From a bacterium (GTDB lineage Bacteria; Bacillota_I; Bacilli_A; RFN20; CAG-826), in contig CAVJPU010000002.1 in NCBI GenBank assembly GCA_963651445.1, positions 18,232-82,231 on the forward strand: a DNA stretch of 64,000 nucleotides. Direction: 5' to 3'. The notes under the pieces are model-generated. The model did not search any database and was not told the origin of the DNA. It worked only from the letters and a program-made list of their open reading frames with translations. Numbering within the stretch: position 1 is the first letter of the stretch; the number at the start of each line of letters is the position of its first letter. Of this stretch, positions 26,426-35,419 are shown one piece after another. Position numbers and translations under genes: made by a program.

Positions 26426-26899
26426 TCACTTTAGCATTTTTCTTAATAATTTAGAATATAGCTTAACCATATCCTGTTTCTTCATTCCAGAAGTATATAC
26501 ACCGCCAACTTTAGTGTACTCGATAATCATATCATCTTTAGAAAGATTTGTAAACTGCTTAGTTTTATCTCTAATGAACACAGGATGGATTTTATTTTCA
26601 GATGTATCTTTAGAATAATATTCTGTTAAAGAAATTAGCCAGTCTTGGATTGCTATATCTCTAGATTTAAGGCCAGAAGAATTGAACTTGTGGAGTATTT
26701 GGCCTTCTAAAGCATTACAAAATGGGCATAATAAACCACGAATTCGTCCTGCTTTAGGGCCATTCAATTCGTGGTCATGATCTAAATGATTAGAGCCTAC
26801 TTCTGGATTTAGATCACGTTTGCATAGTAAACATTTTCCATTTTGGAGCTCGTATAACCTATATTTTTCTTCTTCGAATTGTTTACCGACTAATAGCAT
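26426..26899 (-). CDS. 49: recombination endonuclease VII (gp49)
   Basis: NGKCLLCKRDLNPEVGSNHLDHDHELNGPKAGRIRGLLCPFCNALEGQ is near-identical in pattern to T4 gp49. Confidence 0.9.
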   Translation of the reverse strand: MLLVGKQFEEEKYRLYELQNGKCLLCKRDLNPEVGSNHLDHDHELNGPKAGRIRGLLCPFCNALEGQILHKFNSSGLKSRDIAIQDWLISLTEYYSKDTSENKIHPVFIRDKTKQFTNLSKDDMIIEYTKVGGVYTSGMKKQDMVKLYSKLLRKMLK

Positions 26900-26929
26900 A
26901 ATAATATTACCAAATGATGATAATATTAT

Positions 26930-27214
26930 TTAATCCGTCGGAATGACTCGGTATGAGTCATTTGCATCCAAAAGACACCAAAACCCGGATAATTCCGGAA
27001 CGGTAGAAATATCGATTATTTCTCCGGTCTCAGCATCTTTTAATTTATCGATGCCCCACACTGTAGAATCGCCTTCTAAGAATGCCAAGCTTTCAATAAA
27101 ATATGGCGTTGCCGGTTTAAGAGATTCAAAATATTGAGAGAATAATATATTGTGATCGAAATATACAGCGTTAATAAGTATAGTATCGCCTACACTAGGC
27201 ATGATTCTAATCAT
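26930..27214 (-). CDS. small protein, member 1 of a three-gene tandem paralogue family
   Basis: ATG at 27214 is preceded by GAGG. It shares the VGD-I ... Y-I-E ... W-x-(F/L) pattern with the next two ORFs. Confidence 0.45.
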   Translation of the reverse strand: MIRIMPSVGDTILINAVYFDHNILFSQYFESLKPATPYFIESLAFLEGDSTVWGIDKLKDAETGEIIDISTVPELSGFWCLLDANDSYRVIPTD

Positions 27215-27482
27215 TGATGACCTCAAATTCCGATGGATCACTTTCAAGTACAAAACACCAATATGCGTCGGCGTTTTCGGCTTGTTCATAAATGTCAAAT
27301 ACTTCTTGTGTTTGTACACATCTGATAAAGGTTGCACCTGTATCACCTGATGATTCTGTTTTTACTGCTAGAATTTCATACGAATTTCCCGGAGAAAGCT
27401 CCGGGAAAAAATCTAGCAATTTAGTATTAACACCAGGTGAGAAAAATGCATCAGTAAATGTGATGATATTTCCTACCTTCAT
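27207..27482 (-). CDS. small protein, paralogue family member 2
   Basis: 91 aa with a GAGG Shine-Dalgarno; ends in TAG. Confidence 0.5.
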   Translation of the reverse strand: MKVGNIITFTDAFFSPGVNTKLLDFFPELSPGNSYEILAVKTESSGDTGATFIRCVQTQEVFDIYEQAENADAYWCFVLESDPSEFEVIND

Positions 27483-27491
27483 AATTACCTC

Positions 27492-27800
27492 TTATTGTTT
27501 ATTAAAAAAGTGTGGCGTATGTTCTGTGAAGAATGCCCAGAATGGATCATCTTCTTCCAATTCAACAACTTGGCCTGTTTTAGTACATTTGAGTTTTGTT
27601 GCACCAATTGTATGTTCTAATAGTTCTGTATGCTCATCTTCTGCGTATGCAGTTTTAACAGATTCAATCTCAAATGTTGTGTCGGTTAAAAGAATAGGAT
27701 ACCGTTTAGCTAACAGATTAATATTACGACGTCCAAGGCTAGTAAATGAAATAACATCGTTAACCGCAAGTTCTACTGGATTTAAATAAGTTGTTGACAT
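27492..27800 (-). CDS. small protein, paralogue family member 3
   Basis: 102 aa with an early-type promoter upstream. Confidence 0.5.
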   Translation of the reverse strand: MSTTYLNPVELAVNDVISFTSLGRRNINLLAKRYPILLTDTTFEIESVKTAYAEDEHTELLEHTIGATKLKCTKTGQVVELEEDDPFWAFFTEHTPHFFNKQ

Positions 27801-27851
27801 AAATTGTATCCTTGATTAAATGTATTTATCAAATATCGATTTGATATGACT

Positions 27852-27881
27852 ATTATACACAAAAAAATATTAAAAGTAAAC
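27852..27881 (-). promoter_or_regulatory. T4 early-type promoter
   Basis: The minus strand reads GTTTAC TTTTAATATTTTTTTGTG TATAAT. Confidence 0.5.
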
Positions 27882-28774
27882 TATTCTCCTAAAATATTTT
27901 TAGCAGAATTTAAAATTTCTAGGCGATCATTTAATCGAGTTTCCGATGCCAGTAACTTAACACGTTTGCCCTCTAGTTCAACAAGTTTAGACCTAACATC
28001 GGATAATGATTTGGTGATAGATTCTATTTTATCTAATAAAGGATTATCAAAAAATAATGGTGACTTAGCCAATTTAGGTGTATGTTTATCGTTATCATTA
28101 AATCCAATAATGATTTCGTAATCAGATTTTCGTTCTATGTCTATATAATCAGATAGACGTAGCAATTCGAAAACCGCATTACATTTTCTGTACATAACCG
28201 GATGAGTAATAAACGAAAGAATAACTTTATCGGTTGCAGAAGATTGGACAACGGTTACCGCTTTATTTGCCACATAATGGTGACTTAACGATCGGTCGCC
28301 TTTATTAAACCTGAGCCATCTTCCTGGAGCTTGTGTATCATAATCATGTCGCTCTGCCATAATGTATAAATCCAAAAGTTCACTAGTAATAAACTCTAAA
28401 AGTGCATCATCCTTTGCTTTTGATGCATCTTTGATGCCTTGGATAGTATATGTCATCCCAGATGACTTAACAATTTTGCCGAATTCTGCCATTTTTGTAT
28501 GGATTAATACCATCTGTGCCCAACGACTTTTTAGAAGTCGAGTGATCAGGACGGACGCGTTAGGAATAACTTTTTGGTGAGATTCCACCTGCTTGGACAA
28601 TTCATTTATCAACAAATGTTCAATTGAACTATTGTCGTAAATGTCTCGTTGCAATACCGTACTAATTTGTGCGATCCATTTGAATTTATTTGATGAATCA
28701 AAATTGCCATTATACTTCATATACACGTTTTTAATCGATTTCGTTAATCGGTCTTTAAATTCATTACGATTCAT
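27881..28774 (-). CDS. hypothetical protein
   Basis: 297-aa ORF; ends in TAG. Confidence 0.6.
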   Translation of the reverse strand: MNRNEFKDRLTKSIKNVYMKYNGNFDSSNKFKWIAQISTVLQRDIYDNSSIEHLLINELSKQVESHQKVIPNASVLITRLLKSRWAQMVLIHTKMAEFGKIVKSSGMTYTIQGIKDASKAKDDALLEFITSELLDLYIMAERHDYDTQAPGRWLRFNKGDRSLSHHYVANKAVTVVQSSATDKVILSFITHPVMYRKCNAVFELLRLSDYIDIERKSDYEIIIGFNDNDKHTPKLAKSPLFFDNPLLDKIESITKSLSDVRSKLVELEGKRVKLLASETRLNDRLEILNSAKNILGE

Positions 28775-28780
28775 GTATTT

Positions 28781-29131
28781 TTACTCACTGATTGCCGGGT
28801 TAGAAAACGTTAATACAATATACGGCGCGTCTAATGTTCTAGGATCCGGATATACTATTTCGATATCAAGCGGCGTTAAATATTTAAATTCCATCATTTT
28901 TGCATAAACGAGTGCCATTTCTGTTTCTTGGCCTCGTTTAAATGCAACTCGATACTTCCAACGAGTAGAAAACGGAGAAGCTTTAACGTATTCAAAAATT
29001 GCTGAATACGCATGTTCAAATATAGAAATAATACGGTCTCCGGAAACTTGTTGTTCTTGAGATGTTTTAATAAATTCCATCAAATCATTTGTTTTAGTAT
29101 CAATGTCCATTTTTAGGCTCCTCAAATTCAA
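28781..29131 (-). CDS. small protein, member of a ~100-aa paralogue family (divergent copy)
   Basis: IISIFEHAYSAIFEYVKASPFSTRWKYRV aligns with the two other family members. Confidence 0.5.
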   Translation of the reverse strand: MNLRSLKMDIDTKTNDLMEFIKTSQEQQVSGDRIISIFEHAYSAIFEYVKASPFSTRWKYRVAFKRGQETEMALVYAKMMEFKYLTPLDIEIVYPDPRTLDAPYIVLTFSNPAISE

Positions 29132-29414
29132 AGATTATTGCTGCTGGGCTATAAACGGTAGGAGCAAGTTCTCGTCCGGGTGTATAAGTAAATGATAGCA
29201 TTGTCAATGCCTTATGCGCAAAAATAGAATCATATAGCTTTTTTAAAGTCTGTGCATTGTTGGTTCGATAATTATAACTCCATGATTTAGCAAATGGATC
29301 TGCTTTAATCATTTCAGCAATTTTTGATTCAGCGTATGTAAATATTTGTTTTGCCTTTTCAATATGCTCATCTGCTGCGCGACAATCTAGGACAAGTTTA
29401 TTAAAATCCATCAT
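29100..29414 (-). CDS. small protein, ~100-aa paralogue family
   Basis: MMDFNKLV...KQIFTYAESKIAEMIKADPFAKSWSYNYR...LTMLSFTYT...AIIFEF. Confidence 0.55.
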   Translation of the reverse strand: MMDFNKLVLDCRAADEHIEKAKQIFTYAESKIAEMIKADPFAKSWSYNYRTNNAQTLKKLYDSIFAHKALTMLSFTYTPGRELAPTVYSPAAIIFEFEEPKNGH

Positions 29415-29980
29415 TTCGATTTTCCTTTTGACATTGCATAACTTATTCTCGGCAAGGCCAGTCCAGTCCCATAAAATACAGTAGTATTGCCTATTTCTCT
29501 AGAACCATATGAGCCGATTTCTATACCATTGCATTCGATATCGGTTTGTGATGTATATTTTACAATTGATATATCTAATCCTTGAGATCTAAAGAAATAT
29601 TTAGCGTCATCGACAATTGACTCTTCCGCCTCAAATGATATTAGCTCAAGTTTTAAGAAAATCTCGAGATGTGAGTCATCCGGATGTTCATCTCGTTGGC
29701 ACGGCGTAAGCATCATGAACTTACCAGTTGGGGCCATAGATGCTCCAACCGATGAATAATTCTTGATCAACTGATAGAAACTCTGTTCTGCGCTGCCTAC
29801 GTAATATGTACCGTCAATGTGCGGTTTTGCTTCTCGGCCTTCAGGCAAAGTTAAATCAATAACATCTTTGTCAACGCATTGGCTGGCAGTAATTGGTCGA
29901 TATCCTAACTTTGTATAGTAATCAATTGCCTTAATAAGCATTGGAAGATTTATTTCAAATCTTGGATCCACTAGCATCAT
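29411..29980 (-). CDS. minimal class II aminoacyl-tRNA-synthetase-like catalytic core (189 aa)
   Basis: Motif-1-like YYTKLGYRPITAS. Motif-2-like LTPCQRDEHPDDSHLEIFLKLEL, compared with FRNE...H.PEFT.LE. Motif-3-like YGTGLALPRI, compared with G.G.G.xR. Confidence 0.45.
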   Translation of the reverse strand: MMLVDPRFEINLPMLIKAIDYYTKLGYRPITASQCVDKDVIDLTLPEGREAKPHIDGTYYVGSAEQSFYQLIKNYSSVGASMAPTGKFMMLTPCQRDEHPDDSHLEIFLKLELISFEAEESIVDDAKYFFRSQGLDISIVKYTSQTDIECNGIEIGSYGSREIGNTTVFYGTGLALPRISYAMSKGKSK

Positions 29981-30030
29981 TTCATATTTACCTATTGTTT
30001 AATACTTTACTATTATACCACACATTTGGC

Positions 30031-30339
30031 TTATTGTATACTCTCAAATACATCTTTTGCTCTAATTTCAAAAATAATGCAAGCTGTTCTTTCCCAGGCA
30101 CCTGTATAACTAAATGCCATTTGGGTCAAATGCGTATAATTTAACATGTTTTCGTACAAACCACGTAGTTCATCTGAATTGCCAGAACCTTTATATGTGT
30201 AGTCCCATGAATCTTGGAATGGGCGATCTTCGATTTTATTTGCGATTTCTCGTTCAGCTTCTTCAAAAATCTCTTTAATTTTTGATTCTGATGCCTTTTT
30301 GGTTTGACTATCTTTAATTAATTTCGCAAAGTCTAACAT
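30031..30339 (-). CDS. small protein, ~100-aa paralogue family
   Basis: MLDFAKLI...KEIFEEAEREIANKIEDRPFQDSWDYTYK...LTQMAFSYT...CIIFEI. Confidence 0.55.
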   Translation of the reverse strand: MLDFAKLIKDSQTKKASESKIKEIFEEAEREIANKIEDRPFQDSWDYTYKGSGNSDELRGLYENMLNYTHLTQMAFSYTGAWERTACIIFEIRAKDVFESIQ

Positions 30340-30340
30340 T

Positions 30341-30976
30341 TTAATCTACCTTTAATGTTTCTTTAAGATTTGACACAAGTGTGTTGAATTCATTTTGATG
30401 AATTTTTGACAAAGTACCTAGTCCGGCAATCATTGTAGAAGATATTCTAATAATTGTTCCTTTAGGACATGAAACGATTTGATTTCTGTGATGTCTTAGT
30501 TGACCAGGTTCAATAATATTACCACCGGAAGTAATAGATCCAATTAATGGTTCAATAATATACGTACGATTAGCCGGCAATGCACCTGTGTTAACAGCCG
30601 GTGCATAAGAATCTGCAGTGTACACAATATAAAAATCACCGAGTACGCTAAATGATGTCCAAGCACGATGTGTAGTATAATCCGATGCGGTTGTTACAAT
30701 CCAACGCAGCCAATCTTCTGCACTACCAAAGGATTGACGGGTATTATCACTAAATGCATTTGTAGTAGTATTGGACATAATGGCAATATCCTCGATAGTC
30801 GCATCAAGCTGATTTGCCATTAACTTAACCATTCCATACAAATCGGATAATTCCACTAGTGCCATAATCTTATTACCGGATGCTAATGCATCCACGAATT
30901 CAATTGTCTCTTCAACTAGCTTATATGGGCTAAGAATTCCAGATTTTTTGATTTGTGTAACGTGATAACCACTCAT
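30341..30976 (-). CDS. protein with an N-terminal MazG/HisE-like all-alpha NTP pyrophosphohydrolase domain
   Basis: KLVEETIEFVDALASGNKIMALVELSDLYGMVKLMANQLDATIEDIA fits the EE..E...A......E.xD pattern. The C-terminal half is unknown. Confidence 0.4.
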   Translation of the reverse strand: MSGYHVTQIKKSGILSPYKLVEETIEFVDALASGNKIMALVELSDLYGMVKLMANQLDATIEDIAIMSNTTTNAFSDNTRQSFGSAEDWLRWIVTTASDYTTHRAWTSFSVLGDFYIVYTADSYAPAVNTGALPANRTYIIEPLIGSITSGGNIIEPGQLRHHRNQIVSCPKGTIIRISSTMIAGLGTLSKIHQNEFNTLVSNLKETLKVD

Positions 30977-31002
30977 ATTAGTTCTCCGTATTCGATAAGC
31001 TT

Positions 31003-31032
31003 ATTATACACAAAAGGCAGTTTATAGTAAAC
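31003..31032 (-). promoter_or_regulatory. T4 early-type promoter whose -35 lies inside a 13-bp hairpin (PeSL-like)
   Basis: The minus strand reads GTTTAC TATAAACTGCCTTTTGTG TATAAT. The hairpin is AAAAGGCAGTTTA-TAG-TAAACTGCCTTTT at 31012..31040. Confidence 0.5.
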
Positions 31033-31047
31033 TGCCTTTTTAAATTA

Positions 31048-31515
31048 TTATAACAATACTACGCGTTGATTTGCTGGGCAATATGATATGCTAGAAATAG
31101 TATGGATACCATACTCGCCAACTGGAAGATATTCTTGTACATACTCTCGGATAGATTCAAATGCAAGTTTGTAAAATTCTTGCTCATCTGAATCTTCATC
31201 TTTATCAAGAGATGTAATATCAATATTGTATATCTCTTTAGCAAGCATACCAATGGTTTCTCTGACCGCGTCATCGTTGTGATCATATTCAAATCGAGTC
31301 CAATTATGTCTTGTTTTACGAGTCATTTTTAAAACTTTGGCCAAGGCCTGAATGAATTCTAGTTCTGTATAACGCTGCATGGTCGTATATTTTACACCGG
31401 CGCTATCTACAAATATCGGTAATTCTAATGTATCGTCATCATTGATTACATTTGATGCAGTGATATAATCAGCATCGTTTGTATCGCCTTTTATGGTTAA
31501 GACGAAATTAGTCAT
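31048..31515 (-). CDS. hypothetical acidic protein
   Basis: 155 aa. The N-terminus FVLTIKGDTNDADY resembles that of the next ORF. Confidence 0.5.
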   Translation of the reverse strand: MTNFVLTIKGDTNDADYITASNVINDDDTLELPIFVDSAGVKYTTMQRYTELEFIQALAKVLKMTRKTRHNWTRFEYDHNDDAVRETIGMLAKEIYNIDITSLDKDEDSDEQEFYKLAFESIREYVQEYLPVGEYGIHTISSISYCPANQRVVLL

Positions 31516-32128
31516 AATGCTCTCCTAGGTATTTCTGTGACTCGGATTTTAGCCAAACCTGGCCACTGATTGGATCGAATTTTCGTAAACGCTTGTTATG
31601 GTTCCACCACCAAATATCCGGATTCTGCAAATCGCTAATAGTATAGCCAGCGGCAGCGCGATATATGGCGCAATGTTTGTATTTTGGATTTGCTTTAATT
31701 TTCTTGACAATATCGCTTGAAGTTGCATAAGGCTTAGCCATTGATGCAATAATTCGTTCAATGTTATTCATCTCGACTACGAACCCATGCCAATGTGCAA
31801 ATTTTTTGCGATCCGGTTCTCGTTTATTACGGCCGCCATTTTTAGTATCATATGATTTCCAACCTTTCGCATCTTCAATGAATCCACGAACCTTTGACCA
31901 TGGGACATTTTGACTCAATTGAATATCAAACAGTTGATCTTCACGCATTTCACGATACCAATCATCTTCATCTTGAAGCATTTGAGGTGTGAGTTCAGGC
32001 CAATCGTCATCATCCCATGAATTCGCATAGTAATCTTCTTCAGGCCACCAATCGGCATCTATGGTTGGGTCCGACCAGAAATAGTCTTCATCGGTATTGC
32101 CTTTAATAGTCAAGATGTGCTCGGCCAT
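31508..32128 (-). CDS. hypothetical Trp/Asp-rich protein
   Basis: 206 aa. The N-terminus HILTIKGNTDEDYF is paralogous to the N-terminus of 31048..31515. Confidence 0.5.
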   Translation of the reverse strand: MAEHILTIKGNTDEDYFWSDPTIDADWWPEEDYYANSWDDDDWPELTPQMLQDEDDWYREMREDQLFDIQLSQNVPWSKVRGFIEDAKGWKSYDTKNGGRNKREPDRKKFAHWHGFVVEMNNIERIIASMAKPYATSSDIVKKIKANPKYKHCAIYRAAAGYTISDLQNPDIWWWNHNKRLRKFDPISGQVWLKSESQKYLGEHYD

Positions 32129-32140
32129 AATAATTCCTTA

Positions 32141-32368
32141 TTAATTCATTAACTTAGAAATTATTTTAAATTCTAAGTCTTCATACACAATATCTATAGA
32201 TGCGATAATATCATTGCCTAGTACCCATGTCGTTTTATTTGCTTGTTCGAAAATTTCGATACCGTGTGGATATCCATACGTGTTCAAAATATGGCGACAA
32301 ATAGTTTCTTTTGACTTCGATACTCTATCGAAGAATTTTTCTATTTCTTCATCATAAGGACTAATCAT
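32141..32368 (-). CDS. hypothetical protein
   Basis: 75-aa ORF. Confidence 0.45.
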   Translation of the reverse strand: MISPYDEEIEKFFDRVSKSKETICRHILNTYGYPHGIEIFEQANKTTWVLGNDIIASIDIVYEDLEFKIISKLMN

Positions 32369-32634
32369 TATAACACCGTATAATTCTTCTTAATTATCGT
32401 TGTGCCTTTGACAATTTTCTCTGGGCGATTTGTCCATTTATAGACATCAGGGATATTCCCGAATGTACCGTTTACAATATCTCGAACTATGATTGGTTTA
32501 ACCGCCAAGTTTTCGACTTCCACTTCATGTTTAGATTTTCCATTTTCTACAAAACTCCAATCTTCAGTGAAACTTTTTAGATCCGACGAATACGTTTCTT
32601 TTCGAATAACTGCTAATTTCATGAGGTTCTCCAT
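32368..32634 (-). CDS. hypothetical protein
   Basis: 88-aa ORF. Confidence 0.45.
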   Translation of the reverse strand: MENLMKLAVIRKETYSSDLKSFTEDWSFVENGKSKHEVEVENLAVKPIIVRDIVNGTFGNIPDVYKWTNRPEKIVKGTTIIKKNYTVL

Positions 32635-32675
32635 TTAAATAAAGGTCCTAATCAAATCGATTAGGACCTTGAGAA

Positions 32676-33671
32676 TTAACGAAGTTGAGTAACTTCAGCG
32701 ATTTCTTTCCAATTTGCTTCATCAGTTTTTACAAAACTAGCTAGATATAACGCTGTACGTAATGATACATTACGTAGACGTGTAACATTATCTTTCATCC
32801 AATCTAATACTGCGGCAGTTTGGTAAATCGATAACCCAGCTTTAGCCATCATATCAGTATTTTTTATAACATCTTCAACACGAACCATAATTTCTTCATT
32901 TGTGTGAACACCTAAATCAAGATACACAGAACGAGATAATAGTGCATCAAGATGCGGAGCTAATTTAGATCCACGTTCAATTTCTCGGTCCATATCGGTA
33001 TTTGTAATAAAAACGATAGTTCCTTCGAATTCGAATTCTTGTGGAATTTCTTTTTCTTCAAGATATGATGAAGCTGTTGACCAACATACTTTTCGAACTT
33101 CTGATGTATCTAAAGCAGCTTTTAACAAATTAAGTGCATCTTCAGAAGAAAATACGTCAACATCATCTAAAACCAATACACTTCCTTTAGAACTGCATTC
33201 ATATAATTTGCAGTACATTCCGATAGGTGACATTTTACCGTTAATCAATGAATACTCGATTTGTCCGTCATCATGTGCTTCTTGAAGGTCTCTATTAAGT
33301 GTATAAGTTTTACCAATACCAGGAGCTCCAGAAATTATCAATGAACGAATATTACCATTAATTAGTCCTGAAGTCATAAAATCCATCACACCAAATCTTT
33401 TAGAAATTCTAGCTTGGATTTCTTCAATTGTTTCGGTTGGTTTAGATTCTACAGGAAGTTGGAAGCTAGGAGTATAACCTTCAATTGTGTAATCACCGTG
33501 GAAAACCCAAATTCCTTTAGGTTTTCCATTTAACTCAACGATTACTTTACCGTTACCAAGATGAGATTCAGAAGGAGAAACTTCTGTAGGGAACCAAGTA
33601 TTCAAAAGATTAAAAGTTCCAGAGATTTCGTTGTTTCTGAATTTACCTTTAGTGATTGTAACTGTAGCCAT
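32676..33671 (-). CDS. AAA-family ATPase (position of T4 nrdC.10)
   Basis: Walker A SGAPGIGKTY and Walker B VLVLDDVD. 331 aa. Confidence 0.65.
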   Translation of the reverse strand: MATVTITKGKFRNNEISGTFNLLNTWFPTEVSPSESHLGNGKVIVELNGKPKGIWVFHGDYTIEGYTPSFQLPVESKPTETIEEIQARISKRFGVMDFMTSGLINGNIRSLIISGAPGIGKTYTLNRDLQEAHDDGQIEYSLINGKMSPIGMYCKLYECSSKGSVLVLDDVDVFSSEDALNLLKAALDTSEVRKVCWSTASSYLEEKEIPQEFEFEGTIVFITNTDMDREIERGSKLAPHLDALLSRSVYLDLGVHTNEEIMVRVEDVIKNTDMMAKAGLSIYQTAAVLDWMKDNVTRLRNVSLRTALYLASFVKTDEANWKEIAEVTQLR

Positions 33672-33754
33672 AATAATTTACTCAATATATCAGTTTGATT
33701 TGATAGAGCCATTATACTACAGTTACTTTTGTATGTATACTATTATTTTAGGTA

Positions 33755-34033
33755 TTACGAAAAATAATTTAGCACCAATACAATTAATACTAATAATGCG
33801 AATATATTTACTAATGTTTCTGCTTTAACGACTAAGGATGTTGTTGGAATACCTAGTTTTAAATTAAACGTGTTTGAGCCCTTTATGGTATGCATAGGAA
33901 ATTCTTGTCCATCACATTTGACCCACAACGTCAACAAATTACCTTTTTCTCTAACCGAAACTATTTTAGCGAATCGCATTTTTGCTAAAATAAAAACATA
34001 TCCTTTAGGTTTAAACTCGGCCATGCTTACCAT
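33755..34033 (-). CDS. small protein with a C-terminal transmembrane tail
   Basis: 92-aa ORF overlapping the end of the upstream gene. Start uncertain (34033 or 34024). Confidence 0.35.
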   Translation of the reverse strand: MVSMAEFKPKGYVFILAKMRFAKIVSVREKGNLLTLWVKCDGQEFPMHTIKGSNTFNLKLGIPTTSLVVKAETLVNIFALLVLIVLVLNYFS

Positions 34034-35057
34034 TTATAAGATCCTTATATTCGTGAATTACAAAAGCGTTCCAAAAGTCTCTATCTACTTCTTTGCGCAT
34101 ACCGTTTTTGCCAGCAGTTTCAGCAGCTTTATCAACGTCGGAAATAAGATCTTCAATTAATTCCGAAACAGCTTTATATTGGAGTTTACCTTGCTTAATA
34201 TCCAACAAGACATTTCTATGAGCCAACGGATATTTCAAATCACCAGTAGAGTAGATTTCTAATAATTGCATACTGCCACGCACAACATGGTGCAAAGCTT
34301 TCCAGTCAATTCCTTCATTCCGTTCGGCTAATCTAGCTCGTTCACCTGATTTCTCCCATGCCGCTTTGATTTTATGCTTAAATTCCGTTAACGAAATGGA
34401 CAATTGGTATTTAGAACCATTTACCGAATAAAATTTAAATCCGGTCTTTTTGCACTCGGTGAAGAAACAATGATCTGTCACCGGAAGCTTACTCGTTACA
34501 TCCGAAAGTTTAACGGATTTAGTCAATGAAACATGTTTTGGTGCAGTAAATAAGTCCTCAGTTTTCATTAATTCTTCTAATGACATCGTATAACTTTCTT
34601 GTAGGTCTTTGACGGCATTCCATACTAGTTTCAATGATGCAACTTTGCTACCTTTAATTCCATAGCGAGCAGCCTGGGTTTTGACATACTGCAAATATGC
34701 TTTCATATCGGTTGTATACAAACGACTACGATTTTTATAAATGAAATCCCATGGGTCAATATAGTCGTAATCAACAATTAGTTCACTAGGCGTATGGATC
34801 ATATCAATGGTAAAGGTCTCGCCTTTCATTGCCATTTCCATAAAATATTTTAGTGAATACATCGTAATGTCGACGTCATTTGATGTATTCTTTACGTGTT
34901 GACTCGCAGTATTTTCAGAATAATGATCCTTTGCTGTCCCCAAAAGAATAGACTTAGAATCCGGCAAATAAATGCCTTTATAGTCCATATCACTTTCTGG
35001 TGTATCCGTTCCATACAATGTAGAACCAAATACGCTTTTCATAACAAGTACGCTCAT
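34011..35057 (-). CDS. predicted nucleotidyltransferase, RlaP / pol-beta-like family (position of T4 nrdC.11)
   Basis: The N-terminus VFGSTLYGTDTPESDMDYKGIYLP matches the GS.xYG....SDxD..G signature. Confidence 0.55.
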   Translation of the reverse strand: MSVLVMKSVFGSTLYGTDTPESDMDYKGIYLPDSKSILLGTAKDHYSENTASQHVKNTSNDVDITMYSLKYFMEMAMKGETFTIDMIHTPSELIVDYDYIDPWDFIYKNRSRLYTTDMKAYLQYVKTQAARYGIKGSKVASLKLVWNAVKDLQESYTMSLEELMKTEDLFTAPKHVSLTKSVKLSDVTSKLPVTDHCFFTECKKTGFKFYSVNGSKYQLSISLTEFKHKIKAAWEKSGERARLAERNEGIDWKALHHVVRGSMQLLEIYSTGDLKYPLAHRNVLLDIKQGKLQYKAVSELIEDLISDVDKAAETAGKNGMRKEVDRDFWNAFVIHEYKDLINGKHGRV

Positions 35058-35086
35058 AATATTACTCTCAACTGTTTATAGAACCT

Positions 35087-35116
35087 ATAATATACCATTA
35101 ATATCTATATGTAAAC
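35087..35116 (-). promoter_or_regulatory. T4 early-type promoter
   Basis: The minus strand reads GTTTAC ATATAGATATTAATGGTA TATTAT. Confidence 0.45.
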
Positions 35117-35126
35117 TATTAAATGC

Positions 35127-35153
35127 AAAAAAGGAGCCAAAAGGCTCCTTTTT
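35127..35153. terminator. bidirectional intrinsic terminator
   Basis: AAAAAAGGAGCC-AAAA-GGCTCCTTTTT. Confidence 0.6.
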
Positions 35154-35154
35154 A

Positions 35155-35409
35155 TTAAATCGACTCTCTTAGATCGGCTTTCCAAATCCCGTTAAAATAT
35201 TCAACAGAAAACGAAAGCGGCTCAGAATAATCTAGTGTGGTTTTAAAAGGTATCGTTGATACCGTGGCTACATGCCCATCCGGAAAGATAAATTTTGCAA
35301 CAGCGATTTTGAATAACGAACTCGTTCCGGTTTCCGCTTTGAATTGAACTCTATCACTTCCTACCCAATAATATTTGGTGTGTTTTAATGTTTGCATACC
35401 AATAGCCAT
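35155..35409 (-). CDS. hypothetical protein
   Basis: 84-aa ORF, the last gene of the exported-protein operon. Confidence 0.5.
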   Translation of the reverse strand: MAIGMQTLKHTKYYWVGSDRVQFKAETGTSSLFKIAVAKFIFPDGHVATVSTIPFKTTLDYSEPLSFSVEYFNGIWKADLRESI

Positions 35410-35419
35410 GCGTATTTCC

